DNA of 64,000 nucleotides from Escherichia phage EPIMRB01. Below are positions 1 through 10,571 of the stretch, piece by piece. The notes under the pieces are model-generated. The model saw only the letters and a list, made by a program, of their open reading frames with translations. It was not told the DNA's origin and ran no database searches. The stretch is taken from the sequence record PQ657784. One strand, 5' to 3'. The position numbers and the translations under genes were made by a program. Within the stretch, counting starts at the first letter, position 1. Each line of letters starts with the position of its first letter.

Positions 1-2178
1 TTAGGCCGCAAGGGCCTTCATAGTTTTAGCGATTTGGGAGACTTCATCATCGCTTAAAGAGCTGCGATAACCGATGAAGTCGGAAACAATACGGAATTTC
101 TTGGTAAACTCAGCAACCATTTTATCACTGTTTTTTGAAGCATTATTTGATAATACATCAAAAAGATTAGTTACTGTCCAGATGTCATGACCGATGGTAT
201 CTTTTCCACCATTAAAATATACACCACGCAGTGAACTAACTATATTAGCGAGTCGTGTATATTCTTCAGAAACTTCATCGGTACTGAAGTACTTCATCAT
301 AAAATCTAGTTCAGGATGCTTGATAATTTTATCAATATATCGTTGAGCTGAACTTGAATAACCTACATACTTATCATAATCTACATCATCAAAAGCATCT
401 ACATATAAATCACGCAAAGCTTCAAAAATACATTGGCACTGACCAAGCTCTTTTACCTTTTTCTGCAAAAGCGGACGAATAACATAAAATTCATTAATGC
501 CAATAAGATTAGCCATACGAATCAAAATATTCATAGATGGATGACAAAGCGATGTAGTACCATCCATAGAGAAAATATCAGAACGATGCATGTACGCTAC
601 ATAACCAGTAATTTCATCTGCTTCTGATGTAAGTGTAAATAGTTCCTCTTTTTCCCATCGCCCATCTTTAATTTCAAACTTAAATGCTGTAGCAGCTTTA
701 GGACGAGGAGCTTTACTTTTAACTACCTTTGGAATATAGCTTTTAACTAAAGCTTCAATTTCTGACAAATAATGAATGTTAACTTCATCACTTTCAAACA
801 TTGCCATAATATCAGGTAGTAAATCAATCTGCGATTCTACTTCCGGATTAATAAACAGAAGACGCTCATTGTGATGAATATTTAAAGTGTTATTAAATTC
901 ACTATCATCTAACGCGTGTGCTAATCCACGGACAATATTAACACGATTTTTAATATTATCAATAACGATATTAATTTTTGTTGTATTAATACCAAACAGA
1001 CGATAACTTGATGCAACGGCTGAAGTTTCATGGCTTTGCTTAATGCGTTTCAGTCGAGGGTCAAGATTTACTTCATACACAACTCCTGCATTGCATAACT
1101 TACTGTCAGGTTCAAACATGCTCTGCATCTTCTTATATGACAGATTTTTAGTCGTGAATTTGACTGAATTACTAATCATATAATCTCGAGCAGAATAGCC
1201 CATTTTCATTAACTCGCGATACGTATGGCGAGGAGATGTAGATTCTTTAAATCGTTTTACATCTTCATTAAATGCTTTCTCACTGAGTTCTTTAACTCGT
1301 TCAATAATATTTTTACGAGTACGATCATCCAATGAAAGAGCTTCACGTGATGGAGCAATATCAAGTGAACCCATTGGAAACTTAATGTAATTCACTTCAT
1401 TGCGAATGCTTAGCCAGTTACGGTCTCTAATAACACCATCGATAGGATAAACGATACCACCGTAGATAGCATATAATCCACCACGATCTGGCCAGTATCT
1501 TTCTGGATTTACACCGTAATAATCATCAAAATCCGGAAAATAATCAATTTCGCGGTCAAGACCATTAATGATAGCTAAATCTTTGAATGGTCGCATGATA
1601 TAAGAAACTTCATAAGCAAAGTTTCTAAAGTCTTTTTCTTCAACTGGAACTACGATTTCAATACCAGTTTTATCATCTGGACCCATTTCTTTCACGAATG
1701 TAGGTTTAATTTGTGGACCATCGCCATCCATGTAAGCTACATAACCACGAATTTCACCTTTATGATACGAAGTAATACTAAATGTATCAGTATAACTAAA
1801 CGGAGATTTAGAACCTAAACCAAATCCGCCAATGAAATCGTTAGATTCGGCTTTAGATGAACTGAAATATGAATTATACAAACCAGGAGAATTATCATCA
1901 CCTTGAATATCAAAATCACTCATACCCGGACCAAAATCTCGGCAAACAAATCGTGGATCTAAACGTCCAGGAACTTGAATGATAAATTTTTCAGGATTTC
2001 CATTGAGAGCATGGGCATCAATCATGTTGGTAATCAATTCACGGACTACTGCGCGAATCTTGTTTGTGTACAAATCAGATGATAGAATTTTAAATACTTT
2101 AGGAGATGCTGTGATGCTAAATGCTTTTGATTTAGAACCATTACCAAGAATTGTTTCTTTTTCAGTGGTGATAATCAT
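1..2178 (-). CDS. rIIA: rIIA protein
   Basis: 725-aa ORF, same length as T4 rIIA; N-terminal ATPase-like region; followed by rIIA.1 and gene 39 as in T4; stop codon at positions 1-3. Confidence 0.92.
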   Translation of the reverse strand: MIITTEKETILGNGSKSKAFSITASPKVFKILSSDLYTNKIRAVVRELITNMIDAHALNGNPEKFIIQVPGRLDPRFVCRDFGPGMSDFDIQGDDNSPGLYNSYFSSSKAESNDFIGGFGLGSKSPFSYTDTFSITSYHKGEIRGYVAYMDGDGPQIKPTFVKEMGPDDKTGIEIVVPVEEKDFRNFAYEVSYIMRPFKDLAIINGLDREIDYFPDFDDYYGVNPERYWPDRGGLYAIYGGIVYPIDGVIRDRNWLSIRNEVNYIKFPMGSLDIAPSREALSLDDRTRKNIIERVKELSEKAFNEDVKRFKESTSPRHTYRELMKMGYSARDYMISNSVKFTTKNLSYKKMQSMFEPDSKLCNAGVVYEVNLDPRLKRIKQSHETSAVASSYRLFGINTTKINIVIDNIKNRVNIVRGLAHALDDSEFNNTLNIHHNERLLFINPEVESQIDLLPDIMAMFESDEVNIHYLSEIEALVKSYIPKVVKSKAPRPKAATAFKFEIKDGRWEKEELFTLTSEADEITGYVAYMHRSDIFSMDGTTSLCHPSMNILIRMANLIGINEFYVIRPLLQKKVKELGQCQCIFEALRDLYVDAFDDVDYDKYVGYSSSAQRYIDKIIKHPELDFMMKYFSTDEVSEEYTRLANIVSSLRGVYFNGGKDTIGHDIWTVTNLFDVLSNNASKNSDKMVAEFTKKFRIVSDFIGYRSSLSDDEVSQIAKTMKALAA

Positions 2179-2188
2179 AATTTCCTCA

Positions 2189-2392
2189 TTAATTCATATT
2201 ACGCTTAATAACTTCAGCAACTTCTAGTAGTTCGTCTTTAGTTGCGGTGTCGGATTGAATTTTATCTCTAATATCTTTAAAGCGGTTTTTAAATTCTTCG
2301 GCTTCTCCCATATCGAAAAAGCGTTGAATGATTCTATATTCTCGATGAACTGCTTTATCAAAAAGTTCTAAATTTACTTTATATGATTTCAT
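2189..2392 (-). CDS. rIIA.1-like small protein
   Basis: 67-aa ORF directly upstream of rIIA with GAGGA SD; position matches T4 rIIA.1. Confidence 0.6.
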   Translation of the reverse strand: MKSYKVNLELFDKAVHREYRIIQRFFDMGEAEEFKNRFKDIRDKIQSDTATKDELLEVAEVIKRNMN

Positions 2393-2417
2393 TCCAATAT
2401 CCTCATTTGCCCAATTA

Positions 2418-2447
2418 ATTATACCACATCCTTGTGGTAAAGTAAAC
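2418..2447 (-). promoter_or_regulatory. T4-type early promoter (GTTTAC-N18-TATAAT) upstream of rIIA.1
   Basis: minus strand reads GTTTAC TTTACCACAAGGATGTGG TATAAT; 32-nt core identical to the copy at 47253-47284. Confidence 0.55.
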
Positions 2448-4264
2448 TACTGGCTCATCCATTCTTTACGAAGGTCAGCATTATCTCCCATGAGCATTTC
2501 AAAAAGCTCTTTCCAGTTCTCAGGAAGTTTAACAACATCATATACTGGGTTTTGAATCATCTCACGATATTCAGATTTTTCCAAAGAGCCAAGTCCCTTA
2601 ATATAACGGATGCTATGTTTAGGTAGAGCATCTTTGGCACTCTCATATTCAGCGACTGTATAAAACCATTCTTGTTTTTTACCGACCTGAGCGATGATTA
2701 CAGGAGTTTTGACAAAGCGAATTCTTCCTTGTTCAAACAGTTCTGGCCAATTACTAAAAAATCCGAGCAGAGAAGGATAAATGCTTCCTAAACCATCATG
2801 GTCAGCATCGGTCATAATAGCAATATTATGATAATTCAAGTTTTCAGCTTTTTCACCAAGAACTAATCCAGTGATTGCGCAAATATCAAATAGTTCTTTG
2901 TTTTTAAGCATATCAGCATATGACATACCCCAACTGTTGAGAACTTTACCACGCAATGGATAACCACCATGAAGTTCTTTATCACGAACATCAATAAGAT
3001 ATCCGATAGCAGAATCACCCTCGGTTAAGAACAATGTAGTATCAGCATCTTTACCACAAAGATTCGCTTTAATATGTTTATGAACCTTAGCTTTAGAAGC
3101 CTTTTTAGCTGCTTTAGTTTCTGCTGCTTTTTCTGCTGCCAATTTACGAGCTAATGCTGCTTCAATAATTGGCATCAAAATTGCTTCATTATTTAGAATA
3201 GCACGTGAAATCTTTTTAGCATCAAGCTGAATATGACTACGGATTTCACCAAATGGAGAAGTCAAACGCTCTTTAGTTTGAGAATCAAATCGCATGTTTT
3301 TCATATCACGGACAAACATAACGATAGTCAAACATTCTTTAACACGTGCTTTAGTTACATCAATTTTGAATTTACGTTTGATTTGTGGAATAAGGTCTTC
3401 ACAAATATCATCCATAACACAATCAATGTGATGACCACCATTCTTAGTGTGAATGTTATTCACATAAGTTAATTGACGAAAACCATCCGGTGAACGACCA
3501 ACCGCAATAGAACAATTTTCTTGTTCTTGAACAATAGCATGTTCATCATACTGCCGTGCATATTTCTTAAAATTGCCCTGAACCTTTTTACCATTAAAGG
3601 TAAATTGAATATCAGGATAAACAACAGCAAGTGTCTGGAGACGATCTAGTGTAATGTCAAGATAAACTTGGGACAGCTCATTAGTTTCAAATGACATAAA
3701 ATCTGGAATGAAAGTAACACGAGTTCCTTTCCATTTTCCAGGAATAGTTTCCCAGGATTTATTTTCCATGCCATTTGAACAACGAACTACAATATTATTT
3801 TGACCATCGCCAGTTTCACCGACAAACATCACAGAAAAAATGTTAGTTAAACTAGAACCAACACCATTCATACCACCGGTGACACGTTCTTTATCATCAC
3901 CAAAGTTACCACCTGCTTTTGGAATAGTCCATGCAGCAACAGGACCAGGAATTTCTTCACCGGTAGGTGTTTTAACCATTGCCTGTGGAATACCGCGACC
4001 GTTATCTTCAACTGTTACCTGATTATTTTTAATGGTAACATTAATTTTATTTGCGAATTTAAACTTAGTACGAATACCTTCATCGACTGAGTTATCGATA
4101 ATTTCATCAATAAGCTTAACAAGACCAGGTACATACTGAACACTTTCCCATTTACCAAACAGAAAGCGCTCATGCATTTCATTAGCAGAAGAGCCAATGT
4201 ACATGCCACTACGCTTTTTGATATGTTCAATATCGCTCAGAATTTTAATTTCATTCTTAATCAT
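2447..4264 (-). CDS. 39: DNA topoisomerase II large subunit gp39, uninterrupted (gp39+gp60 equivalent)
   Basis: 605 aa from the first ATG; GHKL ATPase N-terminus and Toprim-like DxD region; single continuous frame. Confidence 0.9.
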   Translation of the reverse strand: MIKNEIKILSDIEHIKKRSGMYIGSSANEMHERFLFGKWESVQYVPGLVKLIDEIIDNSVDEGIRTKFKFANKINVTIKNNQVTVEDNGRGIPQAMVKTPTGEEIPGPVAAWTIPKAGGNFGDDKERVTGGMNGVGSSLTNIFSVMFVGETGDGQNNIVVRCSNGMENKSWETIPGKWKGTRVTFIPDFMSFETNELSQVYLDITLDRLQTLAVVYPDIQFTFNGKKVQGNFKKYARQYDEHAIVQEQENCSIAVGRSPDGFRQLTYVNNIHTKNGGHHIDCVMDDICEDLIPQIKRKFKIDVTKARVKECLTIVMFVRDMKNMRFDSQTKERLTSPFGEIRSHIQLDAKKISRAILNNEAILMPIIEAALARKLAAEKAAETKAAKKASKAKVHKHIKANLCGKDADTTLFLTEGDSAIGYLIDVRDKELHGGYPLRGKVLNSWGMSYADMLKNKELFDICAITGLVLGEKAENLNYHNIAIMTDADHDGLGSIYPSLLGFFSNWPELFEQGRIRFVKTPVIIAQVGKKQEWFYTVAEYESAKDALPKHSIRYIKGLGSLEKSEYREMIQNPVYDVVKLPENWKELFEMLMGDNADLRKEWMSQ

Positions 4265-4316
4265 CACTTATCCTCGTTTGGTTTCGGGAATATTATACTC
4301 CGGCATTCATAAAGCT

Positions 4317-4334
4317 AAAGGCCCGAAGGCCTTT
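4317..4334 (-). terminator. UUCG-tetraloop hairpin
   Basis: AAAGGCC-UUCG-GGCCUUU overlapping lipoprotein stop. Confidence 0.4.
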
Positions 4335-4603
4335 TATTTAAAACGAATAGTTGAATCCTTAAAGAACAGCCCAGAACATACTGTTCCTTCTACTTTCTGC
4401 CCGGTAGGTCCAACAGCACGAAATCCAGTATGTTGGAAATCATTTTCAGAGCAACCGAACCAGTTATATCCAGTGATTTCAATATTCGTAAAACCACTTG
4501 ATGATAAAATTTTAGTTGCATTATCAGCATCAGTACATCCTACTAAAGATACTGCTAATACTAATGCTGCGATAGAACGATTAACATATTTCATAATTTT
4601 CAC
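4334..4603 (-). CDS. small lipoprotein (signal peptide with LVGC lipobox)
   Basis: 89-aa ORF; N-terminal hydrophobic segment ending LVGC. Confidence 0.55.
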   Translation of the reverse strand: MKIMKYVNRSIAALVLAVSLVGCTDADNATKILSSSGFTNIEITGYNWFGCSENDFQHTGFRAVGPTGQKVEGTVCSGLFFKDSTIRFK

Positions 4604-4974
4604 TTAAATTTAATGGCTTGAAGAAGACTAATAATTCTCAAACGGCTTCTTTCATCTTTAACTGTAAAAGAAAGAGGGTCGCCAGATTTCATAGTAATAG
4701 TGCATTCAAAATCAAAATCTTCTGTGACTTCTTCGAAGAAGTCAAATTCTTCATCATAAATTAGAACACTACTTTGCAGACTGTGAAGAGTTTTTCCAGC
4801 ATTTCTGCTAACTGCTGTACTAATCATTGTAACATTATGACCTTTCATATCTTCAACGATAAATTCACTAGTCAATATTACAGCATTAATAGAACTATTC
4901 CTATTACTAGCAGAAAGTAGAAATTTCTTTTCTTCGCCTTCGCGAATACGATACTTCTTACCAATTTTAAACAT
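4600..4974 (-). CDS. hypothetical protein
   Basis: 124-aa ORF; stop-start overlap with neighbours. Confidence 0.5.
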   Translation of the reverse strand: MFKIGKKYRIREGEEKKFLLSASNRNSSINAVILTSEFIVEDMKGHNVTMISTAVSRNAGKTLHSLQSSVLIYDEEFDFFEEVTEDFDFECTITMKSGDPLSFTVKDERSRLRIISLLQAIKFK

Positions 4975-4976
4975 AA

Positions 4977-5153
4977 TTACCCTTTAAGTAAGTCGTAAAA
5001 TCCACCATTCACATGCTTAGGAGCAGAAGGCCGACGAGTAGACAAACGATGACATTTAGGACAAACATCATTTTCTCGTTCAGAAATCTTTTTAATTTTT
5101 TCATATTCATGCCCGCAATCTTCGGATTGGCATTTATAATCATACATTGGCAT
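4977..5153 (-). CDS. small zinc-ribbon protein (two CxxC pairs)
   Basis: 58-aa ORF read by hand, MPMYDYKCQSEDCGHEYEK...CPKCH; AAGGA SD 7 nt upstream; below track length cutoff. Confidence 0.4.
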   Translation of the reverse strand: MPMYDYKCQSEDCGHEYEKIKKISERENDVCPKCHRLSTRRPSAPKHVNGGFYDLLKG

Positions 5154-5207
5154 AATTATTCCTTAAAATGTGCTTTCAGCATCTGATACAAAGACCATGC
5201 CTGTTCA

Positions 5208-5582
5208 TTATTTTTCAATAGTAACTTTCATGACCGGGAATTCTGTGAAATCTTCTATTTGTTCTTGCTCTTTCTCTTCCTGCTCTTGCTCTTCGGCTGC
5301 CTGGTATGGATTTTCCACTTCATCAAAGAACGCAGCTTCGCTCGCTGAAAGCCAGATAAAATCTTCATCCAAAATATCTTTACCAGAAGATAACGCCAAT
5401 TTTCCACTAGATGTCACAAGTTTAGTAGGACGACCAAGATAGTCAATATCTGTAACTCTAAAAGGTTCCATACCTAAACGTCGTGCATAAATTCCGTTTT
5501 CAGTATGATATTTAATAAATTTTTCTTGAGCTTGTTTATTTTTAAATTGATACCATTTATTAACTTCAAATTTAATAGCCAT
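5208..5582 (-). CDS. hypothetical protein with acidic C-terminal tail
   Basis: 124-aa ORF. Confidence 0.5.
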   Translation of the reverse strand: MAIKFEVNKWYQFKNKQAQEKFIKYHTENGIYARRLGMEPFRVTDIDYLGRPTKLVTSSGKLALSSGKDILDEDFIWLSASEAAFFDEVENPYQAAEEQEQEEKEQEQIEDFTEFPVMKVTIEK

Positions 5583-5797
5583 TAATAAATTTCCTTCCAG
5601 TAAGTTGTTCCATCTTCAGTAATTTCACGAAATACACCATAAATTGGTTGTTTATCACCGACTTTCTCATACACATAAACCGAAGTCAAGTGAGTAAACT
5701 TAACGATATGTTCCTTTTGAACCACTACCAAATCTGGATCAAATAATACATCTTCAAATTCGTCATTAGTGCAATTCTGAACAATTTTACGTTTCAT
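5582..5797 (-). CDS. hypothetical small protein (size and position compatible with cef)
   Basis: 71-aa ORF overlapping neighbour stop; synteny only. Confidence 0.4.
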   Translation of the reverse strand: MKRKIVQNCTNDEFEDVLFDPDLVVVQKEHIVKFTHLTSVYVYEKVGDKQPIYGVFREITEDGTTYWKEIY

Positions 5798-5810
5798 TAC
5801 AATTTCCTCA

Positions 5811-6080
5811 TTAATTAAACAGTGGAGCGATACGTTTCAGAAGAGTAGCAGCACCTTTGGCGAATTTTACATCATGAAAAACAGTTTCTTCTTCCGTTAC
5901 AACACGAGCTTTAATGTTTTCACAATCCCAATTTTTACGAACAATCTTCAAAAGCTGCAGTAAATCTTTACATTCAGCAATATCGATAACACATCCACGA
6001 GAATCTTCCATTATCGCACGATAACCGTAAGCCATACCATAATCGTTGAAAGATTGCTCGATGATAATTAAGTTTTCCAT
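5811..6080 (-). CDS. hypothetical protein
   Basis: ATG at 6080 preceded by GGAGAATAAA leader shared with other cassette genes; track start at 6092 is TTG. Confidence 0.5.
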   Translation of the reverse strand: MENLIIIEQSFNDYGMAYGYRAIMEDSRGCVIDIAECKDLLQLLKIVRKNWDCENIKARVVTEEETVFHDVKFAKGAATLLKRIAPLFN

Positions 6081-6177
6081 TTTATTCTCCAAGTTATTTT
6101 CTGTATCAGTAGTTGATATTGATATAGTACCATAATCAACTACTGATGTATATAGTTTTATGAAAAAATTTTAAACT

Positions 6178-6675
6178 TTATGCATAGCGAGCTTTGCTAT
6201 AGTGTTTAATCCAACTTTCAGGAATGACTTTGTATGTTCCTAAAAATACCGCGTTGTACAGCTTAACACCGTCTTCTACCCACTGATCGGTAATGTATGC
6301 ACACATAGCACGAGTACGATGTTTTTGAACAACCCCTTCCTCATCTTCAGTAAATTCGAATTCATAAGGAGCAACGAACTTGATAGCTTGACCGAGTTTC
6401 CACTTAAAGTCTACACCTACATGCGAAGTATCAATCGTTTCAATTCCTTTAGCGGGAACAGCTTTCAAAAACGCAGGCTCAAGAAATTTCCATCGAACAT
6501 AACCAAACTGAGGTTTAGACATTCCATCTTTAGGAATGATACGCACTTTTACTTCAGAATCTTCATCTTTAACACCATGTTTAAGCTGAATGCTTACGAC
6601 TTCAACCAATTTTCCTGCTGCTTTAGAACGGGATTTATCAGATACACGAGCAATTTCACCGATATTAATATTCAT
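6178..6675 (-). CDS. MotB-like protein
   Basis: 165-aa ORF in the cef-motB-dexA interval; C-terminal motif TDQWVEDGVKLYNAV shared with next ORF. Confidence 0.5.
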   Translation of the reverse strand: MNINIGEIARVSDKSRSKAAGKLVEVVSIQLKHGVKDEDSEVKVRIIPKDGMSKPQFGYVRWKFLEPAFLKAVPAKGIETIDTSHVGVDFKWKLGQAIKFVAPYEFEFTEDEEGVVQKHRTRAMCAYITDQWVEDGVKLYNAVFLGTYKVIPESWIKHYSKARYA

Positions 6676-6748
6676 AATTATCTCTCACTTGTTAAAAAGA
6701 TTTTATACTCCGCAGGACCATTATACTCTGGTCCCAAGAGTTTGTAAA

Positions 6749-7249
6749 CTAGCTTACACGAACATTAATCACTGCGCTGCGAGGAACTACAGAGTACTCT
6801 CCAGCATGAACTACATTAAGAAGTTCAACGCCATCTTCAATCCACTGGTCAGTTACCCAACCGCCAATCGGATTCGCGAATGGACGACGAATATAAACTG
6901 CCTTACACAACAAATCAGTCGGGTCTTCAATTTTTTCAACTGGTGTTACATACATAGAAACTAAATCCATATCAATATGGGATTTTTCTTGTTCTTCTTT
7001 TTCAATTTCTGTCAATAAATTGAAATCTTCTTCATAGATGATGAATGATGATACCCTTCCATAATAGTTTCTAATTTCCATGTACACTGTACCAATGAGA
7101 ATTCCGCTATTAACACTAATAATAGTAAAAGGATATCCGCCAGTTGTACCAAGAAGTTCCCAAAACTTGCTATCAGTCGTATTCGACATTGTCCGGAAAT
7201 CAATTTCAGATGGTTTTTTCATTTGATACGTAGTATTAATTTTAATCAT
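6749..7249 (-). CDS. MotB-like paralog
   Basis: 166-aa ORF; C-terminal TDQWIEDGVELLNVV motif homologous to 6178-6675. Confidence 0.5.
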   Translation of the reverse strand: MIKINTTYQMKKPSEIDFRTMSNTTDSKFWELLGTTGGYPFTIISVNSGILIGTVYMEIRNYYGRVSSFIIYEEDFNLLTEIEKEEQEKSHIDMDLVSMYVTPVEKIEDPTDLLCKAVYIRRPFANPIGGWVTDQWIEDGVELLNVVHAGEYSVVPRSAVINVRVS

Positions 7250-7258
7250 AATTTTCCT

Positions 7259-7771
7259 TTAATCTAAGGTAATAAAGCCTTTTAATTCGGCATGCGATTT
7301 GCGAAACATTACTTGATGCCCACCAATGATAACTTGATCATCTGGCACTTCATAAATCGCAATGTACATTCCACGATCTTTTAAGTCTTCACGCTCTTCT
7401 CGAGTAAACCATCTCATTATATCATATTCACTAGCGAAAGCAAAATGATATAATGCAATAAACCACAATGGAATATAATTTTCAATTCGTGAATAATCTT
7501 TATTCCATTTAGTTTTAATAGCATCATTAGCATTTTCAACTAATAACTTATCATCGTGTGGAATAGGAATACTTTCATGGCTTTCATAATTATCGCTATG
7601 ATGATGAAATGACGATGAATTAATACCGCAAAATTTTAGCCAAGTTCGAGTTTTTATAGAATCAAATCCACGATAAGGAGTTGATTGAACGCATAACTCT
7701 TGCCTAATTTTCACTATACCACTATCATCATTTAATGCGCTAAACGATGATTCAACACGATAAATTTTCAT
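7259..7771 (-). CDS. hypothetical protein
   Basis: 170 aa from ATG at 7771 (GAGGA SD); track start 7810 lies inside the upstream promoter. Confidence 0.5.
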   Translation of the reverse strand: MKIYRVESSFSALNDDSGIVKIRQELCVQSTPYRGFDSIKTRTWLKFCGINSSSFHHHSDNYESHESIPIPHDDKLLVENANDAIKTKWNKDYSRIENYIPLWFIALYHFAFASEYDIMRWFTREEREDLKDRGMYIAIYEVPDDQVIIGGHQVMFRKSHAELKGFITLD

Positions 7772-7798
7772 TTTATTATCCTCAGTAGCTATGGTGTT

Positions 7799-7828
7799 AT
7801 AATACCACAACTAACCGAGGAAGTAAAC
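7799..7828 (-). promoter_or_regulatory. early promoter
   Basis: GTTTAC-N18-TATTAT on minus strand. Confidence 0.5.
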
Positions 7829-7834
7829 AACTTT

Positions 7835-8518
7835 TTATCGTTTAGTTGGAAGAGATAGAGGATCGCATTCTTCCTCTGATGGAGCATCTTCAAGACCCAT
7901 AGCATAGCGCAAAGCATACTTCATCATCAGGATGTCTTTCGCACAGTCATGAATAGAATCATGTGCAACGAATCCATCTAAAGTTCCCTTTGGAAGAGGA
8001 CATGTGGTCATATCACGAACAAGTAGAAGTGCTTCAATTCTGGTACGAATATCACGCTGATTCCAGAATTTACACGGTTCTAACTTAAATGTATCAAGCT
8101 CATTCTCGGAAACGCCATTAAGACGTTGAATATCGCGAATGAGATCGACTAAAATTGGAAAATCAAACGACATTCCACGGCACCAACCTTGAGATTTCCA
8201 AGGATCGATGTTATGTGCATTGATGTAATCATTAAATTTTGCAATACCATCGATAGTGCTTACATCTTCATCTGATGGTGCAATATTTTTTCTAGCTTCA
8301 GGAGATTGATTCTTCCACCATTCGATAGTGCTTTTAGTAAAAAGACGATGTCCTTTTTGGCTTTTTAAATCAAATTTGATTTTAATGCCACGTGAAACTA
8401 ATTCATCAAATGTTTCAACGACTTCTGGATTAGGGTCAAAAGCAATTACAGCCAAATCAATAACAGCTGCTTTTTCACCGCTTCCCATCGTTTCAAAATC
8501 TATAATAAAATCAAACAT
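7835..8518 (-). CDS. dexA: exonuclease A (3'-5' DnaQ-like)
   Basis: 227 aa, same length as T4 DexA; DFETMG exonuclease motif at N-terminus. Confidence 0.9.
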   Translation of the reverse strand: MFDFIIDFETMGSGEKAAVIDLAVIAFDPNPEVVETFDELVSRGIKIKFDLKSQKGHRLFTKSTIEWWKNQSPEARKNIAPSDEDVSTIDGIAKFNDYINAHNIDPWKSQGWCRGMSFDFPILVDLIRDIQRLNGVSENELDTFKLEPCKFWNQRDIRTRIEALLLVRDMTTCPLPKGTLDGFVAHDSIHDCAKDILMMKYALRYAMGLEDAPSEEECDPLSLPTKR

Positions 8519-8760
8519 TAAACTTTCCTCGCTAAATCGCGAATTTGACCTACAGTATAATCTTGGATATAAACTTTATTAATGGGCTCATCAATAAATT
8601 TTGCCATAGATTCAATATCTTTTTGCATCTCTTCAAGACTGTATACTATCTTTGAAGCTTTTTCACGAATAGTTACATTTTCAGGTCCTGGATTTTCTTC
8701 AATGACAGCTTTAACATTTGCCATAAGAGATTTAAACTGATACCAACTTAATTCAATCAT
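8518..8760 (-). CDS. hypothetical protein (dexA.1 position)
   Basis: 80-aa ORF. Confidence 0.5.
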   Translation of the reverse strand: MIELSWYQFKSLMANVKAVIEENPGPENVTIREKASKIVYSLEEMQKDIESMAKFIDEPINKVYIQDYTVGQIRDLARKV

Positions 8761-9013
8761 TAATAATCGCCTTATAAAGATGGCTAATTTCGCCTAAAAC
8801 ATAATCACTGATTGTAACAGTTTTCACTTCACCACAAAAGAATTCTAACGCAATTAAATCTCGTTCAATTTCTTCTAATTGAAGCATTAACTTGCCAGAT
8901 TCAATTTTTACATTTCTACGATTTTTACTATAAGCTATTTCATAAATTTCGCTCACTTTATCTTGAAGCAGATAAAACTGATCTTTAGTTATTTCCACGA
9001 ATAGCTTCCTCAA
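8753..9013 (-). CDS. hypothetical protein (dexA.2 position)
   Basis: 86-aa ORF. Confidence 0.5.
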   Translation of the reverse strand: MRKLFVEITKDQFYLLQDKVSEIYEIAYSKNRRNVKIESGKLMLQLEEIERDLIALEFFCGEVKTVTISDYVLGEISHLYKAIIND

Positions 9014-9245
9014 ATTTAATTAGTAATTTACAGACACTTTCATCTAGTGTAATTACCGTATCTGTATTACTGTGATATGATTGTTTTTCAATTCGTTTAA
9101 TTGCTAATATAGTATCACTTATAAGATAAAGCTTATGAAGGAGCTCAGCTCCTGTTACCATAACATTAAGATTATCTTGCTTATTAGTATGCTTCCTTAT
9201 ACCATCTATTAGACGATTTAAATATTTTGAATTGATGTTAATCAT
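8985..9245 (-). CDS. hypothetical protein
   Basis: 86-aa ORF. Confidence 0.45.
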   Translation of the reverse strand: MININSKYLNRLIDGIRKHTNKQDNLNVMVTGAELLHKLYLISDTILAIKRIEKQSYHSNTDTVITLDESVCKLLIKFEEAIRGNN

Positions 9246-9251
9246 ATATCC

Positions 9252-10571
9252 TCACACATAAAATACGTCATAACGACCACGGGTAACACCAACATAAAGA
9301 AGTTGTTGAGCCAATTCAGCATCTGCATAATGAATACAAGGCGTATAAATGAAAGCACGGTCTACAGACATACCCTGAGCTTTATGGAATGTTGATGCAG
9401 GAAGTGCTTTCACTTTACTAAACTGTGATTTAGCATCCCAAAAATCACTCCACGGGGCTTTTCCGCCTTTGTTCCAATTTTTATAAGTTTCTGCCGTTTT
9501 ACCTAAAAATAGGTTAAACTTATACAATTCTTCATCAGATGAAATTATTTTAATCTTTTCACGATAATATTCATCATCGCCGTAAGTTTCTACTGTTAAA
9601 TCCCAATGACGAATTAAGTATTCTCCAGAAACACCACGAGCTTTAACAAAGGTTGATGTATACTCTGCTTCTATAATACGAACTAATTGTCCGTTATTAA
9701 AAATAATTTCTGACACAGGCTTTCCATCAATTTTATATGTTTTAATTAATGGTTCCTGCATTACAATAATTTCACCGACAATAAAATCTTTATCAGTTTC
9801 AAAAATCTTTTTACGAATAATGCTATTTAACTTATCAACAGATTTATTCGTAAATGCCATTACGCGATTTTCAAACAAATCATCTAGTGATTTGACGATT
9901 GAAAAATAATTTACCATAAAATCGCGTAAAGCGGTATCACCAGTAAATCCACGTACTCCATGCCCGTCAACAACTTTATCATAAATCCACTTACCGTTAC
10001 GAACATCAGTAGCTACATCAATAATAGGAGCATTACTGCGTTTAACTTCAGTAAGTTCACACTGATAAAAATCTTTGTGTGTAAAGAATGGACTGATATA
10101 AGCAGTATTTTCTCCTGGGTCAACAGGTCTAATTTGCTTATTATCGCCTATTCCAATTATAGTACACCACGGTGGGATAGTTGAAAGCAAAATTTTGAAG
10201 AGCTTTCTATCATACATTGACACTTCGTCGCAGATTAATACCCTGCATTTAGCTAAATCTGGTACTTCTTTTTGTTCAAAAAGAACGTTTTCTTCATACG
10301 TAACTGGGTTAATTTTAAGAATACTGTGAATAGTACTCGCTTCTTTCCCCGACAGTTTTGAAAGAATCTTTTTAGCTGCATGAGTAGGAGCTGCTAAAAT
10401 AATACCAGTTTCACCCGTAGATATTAAAGCTTCAATGATGAATTTTGTAAGAGTAGTCTTACCAGTACCAGCAGGTCCATTAATAGTTACATGATGTTTC
10501 TTTTCTTTAATAGCCCTCATAACGATGTTAAAGGCATTTTTCTGGCCTTCTGTCAAATCATCAAATGTCAT
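9252..10571 (-). CDS. dda: Dda DNA helicase (SF1)
   Basis: 439 aa as in T4 Dda; Walker A GPAGTGKT. Confidence 0.95.
   Translation of the reverse strand: MTFDDLTEGQKNAFNIVMRAIKEKKHHVTINGPAGTGKTTLTKFIIEALISTGETGIILAAPTHAAKKILSKLSGKEASTIHSILKINPVTYEENVLFEQKEVPDLAKCRVLICDEVSMYDRKLFKILLSTIPPWCTIIGIGDNKQIRPVDPGENTAYISPFFTHKDFYQCELTEVKRSNAPIIDVATDVRNGKWIYDKVVDGHGVRGFTGDTALRDFMVNYFSIVKSLDDLFENRVMAFTNKSVDKLNSIIRKKIFETDKDFIVGEIIVMQEPLIKTYKIDGKPVSEIIFNNGQLVRIIEAEYTSTFVKARGVSGEYLIRHWDLTVETYGDDEYYREKIKIISSDEELYKFNLFLGKTAETYKNWNKGGKAPWSDFWDAKSQFSKVKALPASTFHKAQGMSVDRAFIYTPCIHYADAELAQQLLYVGVTRGRYDVFYV

Noticed and set aside
433-627. Plus-strand ORFs of 60-140 aa scattered through the window (for example 433-627, 3233-3472, 6319-6747, 18420-18815, 26440-26727, 32528-32911)
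   Set aside because: All lie antisense within well-supported minus-strand genes and lack SD sequences; expected by chance in AT-rich DNA. Only 16075-16275 sits in an intergenic gap with a strong SD.
2447-4264. Gene 60-type translational bypass or split topoisomerase gene
   Set aside because: The frame is continuous through the region corresponding to the T4 39/60 junction.
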